Assembly (NCBI RefSeq): GCF_009914755.1
Contig: NC_060928.1
From: the human T2T-CHM13v2.0 reference genome, Homo sapiens
Strand: one strand, 5' to 3'
DNA: 64,000 nucleotides
Each line of letters begins with the position of its first letter. Position 1 is the first letter of the stretch. The notes under the pieces are model-generated. The model saw only the letters and a list, made by a program, of their open reading frames with translations, was not told where the DNA came from and did not search any database. This document shows, piece by piece, positions 1-13,025 of the stretch. The translations under genes and the position numbers were made by a program.

Positions 1-396
1 AGCCAAATCATATCAGGCAGTATCTGGCCATAAGTCAAGAGTTAAACCCATTGACCTTTATAAAGCTATAGAAAAGTTCAATAAAGGAAGCCAAGTAAAG
101 GGTTAACAGGAACAATAATTGTTAAAAATAGAAAAAGACTGGCTTTAATGTGGAAGACAATTAGATGGGAGTGGAATAGAGGCAAGGAAACAAGTTAGAA
201 GTTTATTGCAATAATTTGCTAAATGATGAGTCCATAATTGATTTTATGGAAGCAGGCCAACGGCAGTGAAGAAAAGGGTAGAAATTGAAAATAATACAAG
301 GATTTTATTTCTCAGTGATAAGGTGATGGTATCAACCATAAAACATGTGCACCCACACACACACCAAAAGGTGACTAAGTTGTTGTTGGAGGTGGT

Positions 397-745
397 GGCT
401 ACAGATTGAAAGTTTTCTTTCCCTAAAAATGTATGTGTTGGAATCCTAGCCCTCAAGGTGATGGTATTAGGTGGTGGGACTTTTAGAAGGTGATTGGGTC
501 ATGACAGTGGAGTCCTCATGAATGGCATTAGTGCCATCATAAAAAGTGCCTGAGAAAGCTCCCTTCCTTCCGCAAGGACACAGTAAGAAGTCTCCATCTA
601 TGAACCAGGAAATGGGCCCTCACCAGACAGTAGATCTGACAGTGCCTTGTTCTTGGACAGCCCAGCCTCAAGAAGTGTGAGAAATAAAAGTCTGTTGTTT
701 AAAAGCATCATAGCTTATATTTTGCTACAGCAGTCCAAATGGACA
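397..745 (+). mobile_element. MaLR solo LTR, MLT1A-like
   Basis: Has MLT1A-type motifs (gtgatggtattaggtggtggg...gattgggtcatga...ccatctatgaaccaggaaatgggccctcaccagac...gtgagaaataaa). Boundaries approximate. Confidence 0.8.
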
Positions 746-749
746 TGTA

Positions 750-1320
750 AAAGTGGTCTTATAATTAGTTCAGTTTTATCATGTGGTATTTTAGGTATCT
801 GGAAAATTCAAGTGTGCATCTTCATAAAGTAGATAGAGAGATAAGCATAAAACTCAGAAACAAGAAAAACTACATTGTGACTTATTTATTAATAGTTGAG
901 GGTCAATATTATGTTGATTCTAGTTGAAGCCTAGGAGTAGATGAAATCACCCTGAGAAAATAGATTAGATAAATGGAAGATGAAGAAGAAAATCAATCCA
1001 TAATCCTGAAAAACAGTAACTCCAAATGAGAAGGAATAGACAGACAATCCTGCAAAGAAGATTGACATAAAGAACAAGCTAAAAAGTAGAAGGAAAATAA
1101 GGAGAAAGTGGGGTGTCAGGCAAAGGAAAAGCTTTTCCCAAAGTGGCAGCTAACAATGTCAATTACCACATGAAAGTCACATAAAAAACACTGAAAACTG
1201 TAAATTGCATTTAAGAATTAAAGGTTATGGGTAGCTTGTGTCATAGGGTTAAAGCTTGACCCCTATGACTTGAAGAAGAAGTAAATGGAGACAGCACAGT
1301 CCAGCTTGGCTGAAAAGACC
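750..1320 (-). mobile_element. Degraded LINE-2 fragment (probably also ~100-390, split by the MLT1)
   Basis: Purine-rich L2-like phrases (gttgaagcctaggagtagatgaaatcacc). Highly diverged. Confidence 0.4.
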
Positions 1321-2044
1321 AGAAGTTGTTGAAAAGCATACAGTGAGAGGCTTGAACCTGTGTGCAGATTACAGAAAAAGGCACTCTTGCATATGTGAAG
1401 GACAGAGTAATGGATACAGAAAACCACTAATGGAAAAGAGTTGAGATGGATTCAAGAGTTTAGGGGGAGGGTGAAGCCTCACAGTTAATGTGAATACATG
1501 ATGTGCTGAATATGTGAAAGAAAGATTACTCTGGGCTGGAGGAATCTGAGAGAAATTCCTGGAGGTCTCGAGGCTTGTGCAGGAGCTTAAATGCAGACCA
1601 AAGTTAATGAGAAAGAAGGTGCAAGAGCATTCCAGGCAAACAATGCAAGGATGGTCACACAAATTACTCATCAATTTCAGAGAAGCTTCATGGTGTGAGG
1701 ATCTAAAAGTAAAATCTGAAACTTGAGAAATTTTTTTTTCCAGAATGTATCCCATAAATTAAACTACAAGAGTTTTGTAGCTAATCGAATGGACTGAGAG
1801 ATATTGCCATGTTTTCCTTAATTTACTATTGTATCTTTATTTTATTATTGTATAAACAAGGGAAGATTATGTGCCACAAAATATAGTACTTAAACTCATT
1901 ACATGGAACTAGGATACTTACATTTATTTCCTTTCCTTTTATTTTTAAATTGTAGGATAATTGTGTTTATTTTTAATTATCATAAAAGTGTACTCATATA
2001 ATATAAACATTATTTTTTATTTTTATTTTTTCCTCTACGTTTTA

Positions 2045-2167
2045 AATTTTTTAGAGATAGAGTTTTGCTTTGCCCAGTTCTATTCTGGAACTCCTGGGCT
2101 CACGTGATATTCCTGCCTCAGCCTCTTGAGTAGCTGGACCTACAGGCTTGTGCCATCACTCCTGGCT
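2045..2167 (-). mobile_element. Alu monomer (FLAM-like)
   Basis: T-rich tail followed by gaactcctgggctcacgtgat..cctgcctcagcctcttgagtagctgg..cctggct. Single arm only. Confidence 0.8.
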
Positions 2168-3064
2168 ATATAACAGTTATTTTTAATAAAGATAATACAT
2201 AGAAAAAAATCACTCATACTACTTCCATCCAAAGATAGAAACTACTATAGATAATAACCATATTTTTTTCAGTAAAAAACCTTCTAGTCTGCACTTTTTA
2301 CATAACTGAGATGCTACAGATAGAGACATATAGAGAGAGAATTCTGCTTTAATTACATACATTTATAACCAGTTTTTCATGTGTTTTAAAAAGTCCCATA
2401 AAACCTTTTGAAGGACTGCAAAACATACTCTACTATATTTAGACATTTGTCTATTATTAACAATTCAGTTGTGTTCATTTCCATAATTCCAAGTAATACT
2501 TATGTGCATAAATTATTGTCTACATTGGATATCGTTACCTTACAATAAATTTACAGGTATTATATTATAGAATCAATGAATGGAACTGACATATCTTGAC
2601 CATCAACTTCTTTATCAAAATTGTAAAATATTTGTTTTATATTTTTTAATGAATGACCAAGGAATCATCATTCCCATATATGCTTCCAACTTCTTTTTGA
2701 AGGCTATTTTTTTCTTGTTGGGGCTCTTTAATATTGTGATGTTACATGAAATTTGTGGGAAATTATTTTGTGAAAGTACTTGGTTTGTTCAGTTGAACTG
2801 AGGAACAGAAGTAAAATAGTTACAGTAAATACCTGAAACAGTGGTGCAAATCCACTGTGATGCATGGCAACTAAAATAAAATATGATTTATAATGGCATT
2901 TAGAACACAAGCACATTCTATCAAAGAGTGTATGTAGAAGAACGCTTGCTTGGAACCTGAGTCTGCCTGTGCCTCCCAAACTGAAAGTGAAAATTAATAG
3001 GGAACTTCTATTTATTCAATAGCTTAATGTAAATTTCATGACAAATGGTAGCATTCACTCCTAG

Positions 3065-3209
3065 ATAGAGGAAGAAAGAAATAAATAAAAAGAGCGAGAG
3101 AAGGAGAAAAAGCAAAGAAAAGAAGAAAGAAAGAAAGAGAAAGAAAGAAAAGAAAGAAAGAAAAAGAGAACGAAAGAAAGAAAGAAAGAAAGAAAAGGAG
3201 AGAAAGAAA
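3065..3209 (+). repeat. (GAAA)n / GA-rich simple repeat
   Basis: Directly visible purine tract. Confidence 0.95.
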
Positions 3210-3975
3210 GCATGATAATTTTATGCATCAAATTGAGTAGGCTAAGTTGCCCAATTGTTTGGTCAAATATCAGTCTACATGTTGCTGTGAAGGTATTTTT
3301 TAGATGTGATTAACATTTAAATCAATAGACTGAGTAAAGCACATATAATGTTGTTGGGCTTTATTCAATAGTTAAAGTCCCTGTCTGAGTTCCTTTGAAA
3401 TGCTATAACAAAACACCTGAGACTAGGTCGCTTATAAACAACAAAAATGTATTTCTTATAGTTCTGGAGGCTGGGAAGTTCAAAATCAAGATATTGGCAG
3501 GTTCTGTGTCTTATGAAGGCCCTCTTTTCCATAGATGGTGCCTTCTAGCTATGTCCTTACATGAGAAAAAGACTAGCTAGCTCTCTGGAGCTTCTTTTAC
3601 AAGAGGACTAATTAGGCAGAGCCCTGGTGACCTACTCCCTCCCCAAAGTCTTCACTTTCTAACACTATCAAACTGAGAGTTAGATTTCAATGTATAAATT
3701 TGGAGGGGCACAAACATTCAGACCACAGCAGGCCTTAAGAGAAAAGACTGAGAGGTTCTCTAACAAAAAGGGCATTTTGTCTCCAGATTGCCTTTGGACT
3801 TAAGACTGCAGCATCAATTCTTGCTGAAATTTCCACCTGCCATACTGCCTTATAAATTTCAGACTTTTTAGCCCCCACAATTGTGAGAGCCAATTCTTAA
3901 ATATAAATATCTCCCCGAGAGAGAGTGATCAAGATCCTACTGGATCTTTTTCTCTGGAGAATCCTGACTAATACA
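3210..3975 (+). mobile_element. ERVL solo LTR, MLT2 family, interrupted by an MLT1
   Basis: Contains atgttgctgtgaaggtattttttagatgtgattaacatttaaatc and ends in ctggagaatcctgactaataca, the same terminus as the MLT2A LTRs at 6968 and 11845. Confidence 0.8.
3382..3730 (-). mobile_element. MaLR solo LTR (MLT1A/MST-like) nested in the MLT2
   Basis: TG...CA ends, gctataacaaaacacctgagactagg...gttctggaggctgggaagttcaa...aacattcagaccacagca. Degenerate TSD gtccc/ggcct. Confidence 0.8.
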
Positions 3976-4084
3976 GGTAAATGGGTAAGTAGATAGATGG
4001 ATGCATGCATAAATGTATGGATGGATGTGAATGAAGAGATGGATACATGGATAAAGAAATGCTCCTTCCAAGTGGTTTGAAATT

Positions 4085-4275
4085 GTATGCTGAAAGCACA
4101 CTGGAAGAGTAGTCAAAAGATTAGGGTTTAAATCCTGGTTCTACCATTTACTAGCTGTGTGGGCCCCGAAAAATCTTTTAATGTCTCTAAGTTAGTTTCC
4201 TCATCTGTAAAATAGATCAATAGTATATTCTCTACCTATCTTGTAAGGATGTTATAAAGATTAATAATAAAAATA
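4085..4275 (+). mobile_element. MIR
   Basis: MIR core: aatcctggttctaccatttactagctgtgtg...gtttcctcatctgtaaaat. Confidence 0.75.
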
Positions 4276-4419
4276 ATACACATAATGACTGCTAATAGTT
4301 ATTAGGTGTTAACTATAAGCCACATAGTAATCACTTTGCATACATGATGTCATTTACTCCTCACCAAACATCTTCAAGGTAGATAAAATTATTATCCTGA
4401 TTTTATGGCACAAAATCTT

Positions 4420-4665
4420 ATCTCAAATATTGTTTCCTCAGAGAGATCATTCTTGATCATCTTACCTAAAGTAGCACTCCCTCAGTGGAACTCAAATTCC
4501 CTCCCTGTTTAATATCTTGAATACTAATCACAATCAAAGATTACCTTGCTTAAATGACTTGTTTACAGTTTCACTATTAACATGGCAGACAGTAGGTGCT
4601 TGTGTAATACTTGATGAATGAATGAATACATGCATGAATGAATGCATGAATAATTGAATAAATAA
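4420..4665 (+). mobile_element. LINE-2 3' end
   Basis: tggcagacagtaggtgct followed by the (gaat)n tail typical of L2. Confidence 0.6.
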
Positions 4666-6513
4666 GACTTGTTTTGGGGAGGTGTGAGTATGATAATTCA
4701 ACATACGTAACCATTCGAAATTTAGAATTAAAATCTCTAGAGATGAACACGACTACAGTTTACACCACTACAAATGTGAAAGGACCTCAAAGACTCATCT
4801 CTACTCTTGCTGAAGATGCCTAAGTCACAAAGCCACTTCTCTGGCTCCCACTTCCACTCTTCTACAGAGCCAGAGGGCTGGGAAGCCAGGATAAAGCAGG
4901 AGGATGCACTCATGAATGGTACTTTCTCCCTGAGCAGTACTTACTTAAAAAATATATATTATTCAATGTATAATGTTGACTCTTGCCCTCCTATATAATA
5001 ATTATCCTTTTAATGCATCCCAGTCCTTCAATAAAACAGTTCCTTTGACCTGTATATTTTGGTGTTGGTTTTATTTGAAGGACCTAGATGACAAAAAGGA
5101 GGAAGGATTTCATCTGCCTCCATTTCTCCAGTAGCTCTCTGGACAACATGCTGCACCCTACAGAAAGAGGGAGTTTCTAGAAGGTAATCAGTGTTGTCAG
5201 GAGTGGAAACCCAGTGATGTTGGGCACATGTGCAAATCAAAGGCTACCAAGAACTAGTACCTGAATTTCCTGATCACAGTCTAGGGTAAGCCACCCTCAA
5301 ATGAATAAACAGGAGATTGGGGAGGAATATGAGAAGAGGGTATTTAAAGAAAAATTTTATTCATGGGGGAACTGTTACTGGACAGATCATGAATTGCCCA
5401 GGTTTACACTTCAATGGCAGAGAAAGGTCTAGCACTCTACTAATTCTTTCCACCATATGGTGTTTCACCTTTTTTCTTAACTGACAACAAGAATTACACA
5501 GCTTCTTCTCAATAAATACATTAGAATAATAAAGAGAAGAAAATGATATTTCAGATTATGATGAATGAATACTTGCACTTGGCAAGGCATTCTCTTCCAA
5601 GAGGCCTAATTAAGTTATAATTTCAAAGGGTTCTTCAAGTGATTCTCTGATGGTGCCTTTACTATATTTTCACACATCACATCTTTTGCCCCCACCTGAA
5701 ATGATGTTACACATGGTCCAGCGGCTGTTGTAACCAGGCATCAACTTTCACCTTTATTTAGGATTTCACTGAAATTCTGATTTAGTCAATCTTATCTTTA
5801 AATGCAAAGTCAAAATAAAAATACTACTTTCCCATTTCCAGGATTAATGTTTTTAGATCCAAGCTACAAAGGACCCTCTCCATTTGGCATCTTATGGGTT
5901 GAATTTTGAGATCCCATCCAGCAAAATTAAGCATGACCTGGTAGACTGGTGAGTCTCCTGCTTGAGAAGCTGCACTTGAAAGTTCTGAGGAGGATTGTTG
6001 AAATGACTCAGGCCCTCAACCCGGGTGAGACAAGCCAAACTCTGATTTGATATGACACAATATGACAAACCTCATGCTTACCCTTCAGCCTTAGTGGACA
6101 GTTTGTGAGCTGTTGATCTCAAAGGACTTATTTATCTTTTTTATGACAACTCAAGGTATTATTAGCTTTTCTTTCCTAAACACACTCTTATCCAGAATCA
6201 CAGGTTCCTTCCTTTTTCTGGGATATGCTTTTGTGTTACTTTTGCATTCTTTCTATTGTCATTTTTTATTTCCTGGACCCTCATTCTTACTCATTCTTTT
6301 CTCAGTTTTTGAACAAAGAATCCACAAAAGGAAAACTATATTTTAATGCATAGTGGCATTGGCACCCTGTCATTTCACAAGAATGTAACAAATGCAGACT
6401 CCCCTACCAAGTACACATGGTTTTCCATAGGCCTTAATTATATATTTATTTTAATTGAAGAAAGTGATCTGCTGCAATAAACTTTGTCACAGTGTTACTG
6501 TGAAAACAGTACC

Positions 6514-6968
6514 TGAGATGGTTAATACTGAGTGTCAATTTGATTGGATTGAAGGATACAAAGTATTGATCCTGGGTGTGTCTGTGAGGGTGTAGCCAAC
6601 GGAGATTAACATTTCAGTCAGTGGACTGGGAAAGGCAGACCCACCCTCAATCTTGGTGGGCACAGTCTAATCAGCTGCCAGTGTAGCTAGAATATAAGCA
6701 TGCAGAAAAATGTAAAAAGAGAGGCTGGCCTAACCTCCCAGCCTACATCTTTCTCCTGTGCTGGATGCTTCCTGCCGTCAAACATCAGACTCCAAGTTCT
6801 TCAATTTTGGAACTCAGACTGGCTCTCCTTGCTCCTCAGCATGCAGACAGCCTATTGTGGGACCTTGTGACTGGTGTGAGTTAATACTTAATAAACTTCC
6901 ATATATATACACACACACATATGTATATTACATTAGTTCTGTCCCTCTATAGAACTCTGACTAATACA
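6514..6968 (+). promoter_or_regulatory. HERV-L 5' LTR (MLT2A1/2), complete
   Basis: Runs tgagatggttaatactgagtgtcaa...ctgactaataca. AATAAA at ~6890, followed by a degenerate tRNA-Leu-type PBS (taccaggagtggttc, ~6977-6991). Confidence 0.93.
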
Positions 6969-7009
6969 GATATTTTTACCAGGAGTGGTTCTAGAGGAAC
7001 AGAATATTA

Positions 7010-8707
7010 AGGATTGAGTTCATTGGTTTGGGGGTTTCTGGAGTTAGCTGCTTATATGATTACACCCCAAAATGCTAAGGACCCTACTTCTAATAGTATG
7101 GAGAACACTGATAGTCCTTGTCATGAACTGTTTAGAGTTATGCAAAATAAGTGCACTGACAATCCTGATTCATCGCTCGCGAGAGGCAAGTTTAGTGACT
7201 CCATACATAATACCTTTGACCATATGTGGAGAACCAGGGAACATAATGAAGTTGGTTGGTTGCACCTAAGTTCAGTGGACAAAGTGATGACAGAAAATGA
7301 TGAACTCAGGGATTCTATCTCCCAGCTTCAGAAGCAGTAGCAGATACTGAGCAAATCTGCTAAGATTGACCTGAGTGAGAGTCTCATCTCCTGTAGAGAA
7401 AGAGCTGAAATTGTGGAAAAACAGACACAAGCTCTTATCATGTGAGTGGCTGACATGCAATGAAAGGTGCAGGCACAGCCTCACTAGGTGTCTACTGTTA
7501 ATGTGAGGGCATTGATTGGAAAAGAATGGAGACTCTGCCACTTGGAATGGGGATGGGTGTGGGGGGGCCTGATGAAGCTGGGGACACCGTAAACTCTGAT
7601 GAACCTTTTTTGTCAGAAGAAACAGCTTCCCCATCCCTAGTAGTGGCAATATCCCCTCCATGACCCATGCTGCCATCAGCTTTCCACATTTGTCTGAGGA
7701 GATAAACCCTGCACTGCCTGAGGCAACAGTGATGGCCTCCCTTGAAGCAGTTGCCAGGCAAGATAATGTTGATTCTCCTCAGGAGCCACCTCCAACACCC
7801 CTGTTTGCTTCTAGACCTATAACTAGACTAAAGTCCCAGCGGGCCCATAGAGGTGAGGTTGAGAGTGTGACCCATGAGGAGCTGTGCTACACTCGGAAAG
7901 AACTTCTTGAGTTTCCCAATTTATATAAACAGAATCTGGAGAATAGGCATGGGAATGGATATTAAAGGTATGGGATTAGGTGGAAGGAACATAAAGTTGG
8001 ATCAGGCTGAATTTATTGATTTGAGCCCACTAAGTAGGGACTCTGCATTTAATGTGGCAGCTCAGGGAATTTAAAAAGGTTCTAACAGTTTATTTGCTTG
8101 GTTAGCTGAAATATGGATTAAAAGATGGCCCACTGTGAGCGAGCTGGAAATGCCTGATCTCCCTTGGCTTAATGCAGAGGAAGGGATCCAAAGGCTTAGG
8201 GAGATTGGGATGGTGGAGTGGATTAGTCACTTTAGTCCTACTCATCCCAGCTGGGAGGCTCCAGAAGATACATCCTTGACCAATGCCTTGCAAAATAGAT
8301 TTGTGAGGGCAGCACCTGCATCTTTGAAGAGCTCTGTGATTGCTGTTTTCTATATGTCAGATCTAACAGTGGGAACCACAGGCACTCAACTACAAAATTT
8401 AAACACAATGGGAATAATTAGATCCCAAGGTGGCAGGGGCCAAGTGGTGTCACTCAACTGTCAAAGGCAAGCTGGGCATAGCTACCATAATGGACAGCAA
8501 AGGCAAAGTGGCAATCAGAACAGTCTGACTCGTGTAGAGCTCTGGCATTGGTTAATTAATCACACTGTTCGTAAAGGTGAAATTGATAGGAAGCCTACTG
8601 CATTCCTACTTAATTTATATAAGCAGAAGGTTTCTAGATCGATTGGACAAAAGACTACTTTGAATTATAAAAACAGAATCATAGCCTCAATCAATTTCCA
8701 GACTTGA
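7010..8707 (+). pseudogene. gag: HERV-L gag remnant (stops and frameshifts)
   Basis: ORFs 7014-7340, 7660-7965 and 8135-8707 (ELEMPDLPW..EEGIQRLREIGM, LWHWLINH) are typical ERV-L Gag pieces. Confidence 0.85.
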
Positions 8708-8780
8708 GCCAGTTTACAGACCAAGAAACACTTGAATAAAGGGGAGGCCAGACCCCATTATATTACCAACAATTTAGGCA

Positions 8781-11541
8781 GTGAATCATTCTCCCATTCT
8801 TCCCCAAGGAGACCTATGTCCTTTTGCCAGGGTAATTGTGGCTTGGGGAAAGGGAAATGATCAGACATTTCAGGGACTACTGGACACTGGCTCTGAGCTG
8901 ATGCTAATTCTAGGGGACCCAAAAAGTCGTTGTGGGCCTCCAGTTAAAGTAGGGGCTTATGGTAGTTGTGTAATTAATGGAGTTTTAGCTTGGGTTTGAC
9001 TTACAGTGGGTCCAGTGGGTCCCCGGACTCATCCTGCTGTCATTTCCCCAGTGCCAGAATGCATAATTGCCATAGACATACTTAGCAGCTGGCAGAACCC
9101 CCACACTGGCTCCCTGACTGGTAGGGTGAGGTCTATTATGGTGGAAAAGGCCAAATGGAAGCCATTAGAGCTGCCTCTACCTAGAAAAATAGTAAATCAA
9201 AAATAATATTACATCCCTGGAGGGACTGTGGAGATTAGTGCCAGCATCAAAGACTTGAAAGACGCAGGGGTGGTGATTCCCATCACATCCCCATTCAAGT
9301 CTCCCATTTGGCCTGTGCAGAAGACAGATGGATCTTGGAGAATGACAGTGGATTATCGTAAGCTTAACCAAGTGGTGACTCCAATTGCAGCTGCTTTACC
9401 ATATGTGGTTTCATTGATTTGAGCAAATTAACACATCTCCTAGTACCTGGTATGCAGCCAATGACTTGGCATTTGCTCCATTCCTGTCCATAAGTTCCAT
9501 AAGAAGCAACTGGGCTTCAGCTAGCAAGGCCAGCAACATGCCTTTACAGTTCTACCTCAGGGATATATCAACAGTCCGGCTTTTGTCATGATCTTATTAG
9601 AAGAGATCTTGATCACTTTTCACTTCCACAAGATATCGCACTGGTCCATTACCTTGATGACCTTATGCTGATTGGATCCAGGGAGTAAGCAGTAATAAAC
9701 ACACTGTACTTACTGGTGAGACATTTGTGTGCCAGTGGATGCGCAATACATCCGGCTGAAATTCAGGGACCTCTACCTCAGTAAAATTTCTAGGGATCCA
9801 GTGGTGTGAAGCCCATCGAGATATTCCTTCTAAGGTGAAGGATATGTTGCTGCATTTGGCCCCTCCTACAATCAAGAAAAAGGCACAACATGGATTTTGG
9901 AGGCACCACATTCCTCGTTTGGGTGTGTTACTCCATCCCATTTATCAAGTGGCTTAAAAGGCTGCCAATTTTGAGTGGGATCCAGAACAGGAGAAAGCTC
10001 TGCAACAGGTCCAGGCTGCTGTGTAAGCTGCTTTGCCACTTGGGCCATATGATCCAGCAGATCCAATGGTGCTTGAGGTATCAGTGGCAGATGGGGATGC
10101 GGCTTGGAGCCTTTGACAGGCCCCCATAGGTGAAACACAATGGAGGGCTCTAGGGTCTTGGGACAAGGCCCTGCCATCTTCTGCAGATAACTACTGTCCT
10201 TTTGAGAGACAACTCTTGGTCTGTTACTGGGCTTTGGTGGAAACTGAACATTTGACCATGGGTCATCAAGTCACCATGTGATCTGAATTGTCTATCATGA
10301 ACTGGGTGCTTTCTGACCCATCTAGACATTAAGTGGGTCATGCACAGCAGCATTTCATCATCAAATGGAAGTGGTATATACATGATCGGGCTCAAGCAGG
10401 TCCTGAAGGCACAAGTAGGTTACATGAGGAAGTGGTTCAAACACCTATGGTCTCCACTCCTACCACCCTGCCTTCTTTCCTCCAGCCTGCACCAAGGGCT
10501 TCATGGGGAGTTCCCTATGATCAGTTGACAGAGGAAGAGAAGACTAGGGCCTGGTTCACAGATGGTTCCACATGATAAGCAGGCACCATCCAAAAGTGGA
10601 CAGCTGCAGCACTACAGCCCTTGTCTAGGACATCCATGAAGGAAGGTGGTGAAGGGAAATCTTCCCAGTGGGAAGAACTAGAAGCAATGCACCTGGTTGT
10701 GCACTTTGCATGAAAGGAGAAATGGCCAGATATGCAATTATATACTCATTCATGGACTGTAGTCAATGGTTTGGCTGGATGGTCAGGGGCTTGGAAGAAG
10801 CATGATTGGAAAATTGGTGGTAAAGAAATTTGGGGAAGAGGTTTGTGGTTGGACCTCTCTGAATGGTCAAAATCTGTGAAGATATTTGTATCCCATGTGA
10901 GTGTTCACCAATGGGTGACCTCAGCAGAGGAGAATTGTAATAATCAAGTGGATAGGATAACCCATTCTGTGGACATCACTCATCCTCTTTCCCCAGCCAC
11001 CCCTGTCATTGGCCAATGGGCCCATGAACAAAGTGGCCATGGTGGCAGGGATGGAGATTACACATGGGCTCAGCAACATGGACTTCCACTCACCAAAGCT
11101 GATCTGGCTCCAGCCACTGCTGAGTGCCCAATTTGCCAGCAGCAGAGACCAACACTGAGCCCTTGATATGACACCATTCCTCAGGGTGATCAGTGAGCTA
11201 CCTGGTGGCAGGTTGATTATATTGGATCTCTTCCATCATGGAAAGGGCAGAGGTTTGTCCTCACTGGAAATAGACACTTACTCCGGATATGGGTCTGCCT
11301 ATCCTGCACACAATGTTTCTGCCAAAACTACCATCCATGGACACACAGAATGCCTTATCCACCGTCATGGTATTCCACACAGCATTGCCTCTGACCGAGG
11401 CACTCACTATATGGCTAAAGAAGTGCAGCAGTGGGCTCATGCTCATGGAATTCTCTGGTCTTACCATGTTCCTCATCATCCTGAAGGAGCCGGACTGATG
11501 GAAGGGTGGAATGGCCTTTTGAAGTCAAAATTACAATGCCA
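8781..11541 (+). pseudogene. pol: HERV-L pro-pol remnant (protease, RT, RNase H, truncated integrase)
   Basis: LLDTGSE (protease); [27 protein letters not shown] and YLDD at 9650-9661 (RT); AWFTDGS (RNase H); HEQSGH..CPIC zinc finger, IASDRGTH and HHPEGAGLMEGWNG (integrase). Many stops. Confidence 0.93.
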
Positions 11542-11845
11542 TTCTCCCGTGCTGGATGCTTCTTGCCCTCGAACATTGGACTCAAAGTTATTCAGTTTTG
11601 GAACTCGGACTGGCTCTCTTTACTCCTCAGCCTGCAGACAGTCTACTGTGGGACCTCGTGATCATGTGAGTTAATAATACTCAATAAACTTCCATATATA
11701 TATATGATCATAATGGACTATATATATTGGATTATATGATTTTTATATATTTTTTTATATATATATTATATATATGTGTGTGTGTGTATATATATATATA
11801 TTTTTTTCATTAGTTCTGTCCTTCTAGAGAACCCTGACTAATACA
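11542..11845 (+). mobile_element. HERV-L 3' LTR (MLT2A), 5'-truncated, with an expanded TA-rich tract
   Basis: Aligns to the 5' LTR only from 6751 onward, with 16 mismatches in the first 120 bp by manual count. TA/TG tract at ~11693-11800. Confidence 0.93.
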
Positions 11846-12516
11846 GTACTCATCCAACTAAATCGCTCCCTTAAATGAGAGACCAGGTAAATACATCTAG
11901 ATGGGCTCCAGGTAGTATCCAGTCTGCTGTGGGTTTTTGTTTGTTTGTTTTACTTTTCATTTATCTTACTTTAACTAAAGAGGGAAGAAGGAGTACTTAC
12001 TTTTGGAAGTTTAAAGAAAACTATAAAAGTGGCCACTAGTGACCAATGAAATATTTTCCATAGGATGAAACTGAATGTACAAGAAACAGCAAGTGCCTGA
12101 ACAATGTTCCCTTTAAATGTGTTAACAGACTGACAGAAGCCAGAAACATGTGTACCTACTCTGTCTGTGCTAAGAGGAAATGCTTATAAATAAAGATCAT
12201 TGTTGAGAGAATGCACATATACAAATGGACTACACTCACATCAATGTTTCCGGGAAATCCTGTTAAGCCTACATTTAAATATACCCTGATTATGATCAGT
12301 GCTCACCACCTTGGTTCAAACCCACGAATTCACACCTAGGTTACATCAGTGTCCTTTCCTTTCATTCTTGACCCTCACACTGTTCTATCAAATCAGCACT
12401 TATATCCTTTTAAAATATAAATCAAACCAAAGCAAACTTCAGCTCAAATTTGGCAATCTCTCACTCAGTGTGAAAGCCTTGTAATGGCCTAAACATCCTT
12501 GCTGGATGTAGACATT

Positions 12517-13025
12517 TCTGTTTTGATTATTTATTTATGGCTGTGTAACAAATCACCCCCAATAGTTAATGAATGAAAACAGTGATCATTTTATTATTAT
12601 ACCTTATGTTTCTGGGGTTAATTTGGCTCAGCTTGGCAGTTCTCTCTCAGGTCCTCTCATGCATTCAGAGTCTGATGGTGGCTGGAAGGGACTCGAATCA
12701 TCTGACAGGCCTTCTCAATTACAAGTCTGGCAATTGATGCTTGCAGCCAGTGGGCTGTTGGCCATACCCCCATACGTAGCCTCTCCGTATGGATTGCACT
12801 TCTCACAGCTTGGTGGCTGTGCTCCAAGAGTAAGCATCCCAAGGAACAGGAAGTAGAAGATGCCATTTTCTTAAAGTCTGACCTGGAAACTGGCACAGCC
12901 TCAAGTCAACCTTATGATACTCGTCAAGCAGTTGCTAGGCCTAGATTCAAGGGATGGGGTCTAAGCCTTCTTCCTCAATGGGAGGAGTGCCAAATAACTT
13001 GAGAGTTATGTTTTAAAACCACTGT
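12517..13025 (-). mobile_element. Old MaLR LTR (MLT1H/I/J-like) inside L2-like sequence
   Basis: gctgtgtaacaaatcacccc...gctcagcttggcagttctctc...ctggaaactggcacagc...ctagattcaaggg. Confidence 0.7.

Larger units (their letters stand above)
6514..11845 (+). mobile_element. HERV-L provirus with MLT2A LTRs, defective
   Basis: TG...CA termini, 5-bp TSD gtacc (6509-6513) / gtact (11846-11850), two homologous LTR copies, and gag-pro-pol remnants with no env. Confidence 0.97.

Noticed and set aside
1369-1755. 128-aa minus-strand ORF
   Set aside because: No recognisable domain, and it overlaps degraded L2-like sequence.
8135-8707. 190-aa ERV-L Gag ORF as a domesticated Fv1-like gene
   Set aside because: Neighbouring gag sequence has many stops and frameshifts. 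An ORF this long is compatible with neutral decay and there is no evidence of selection.
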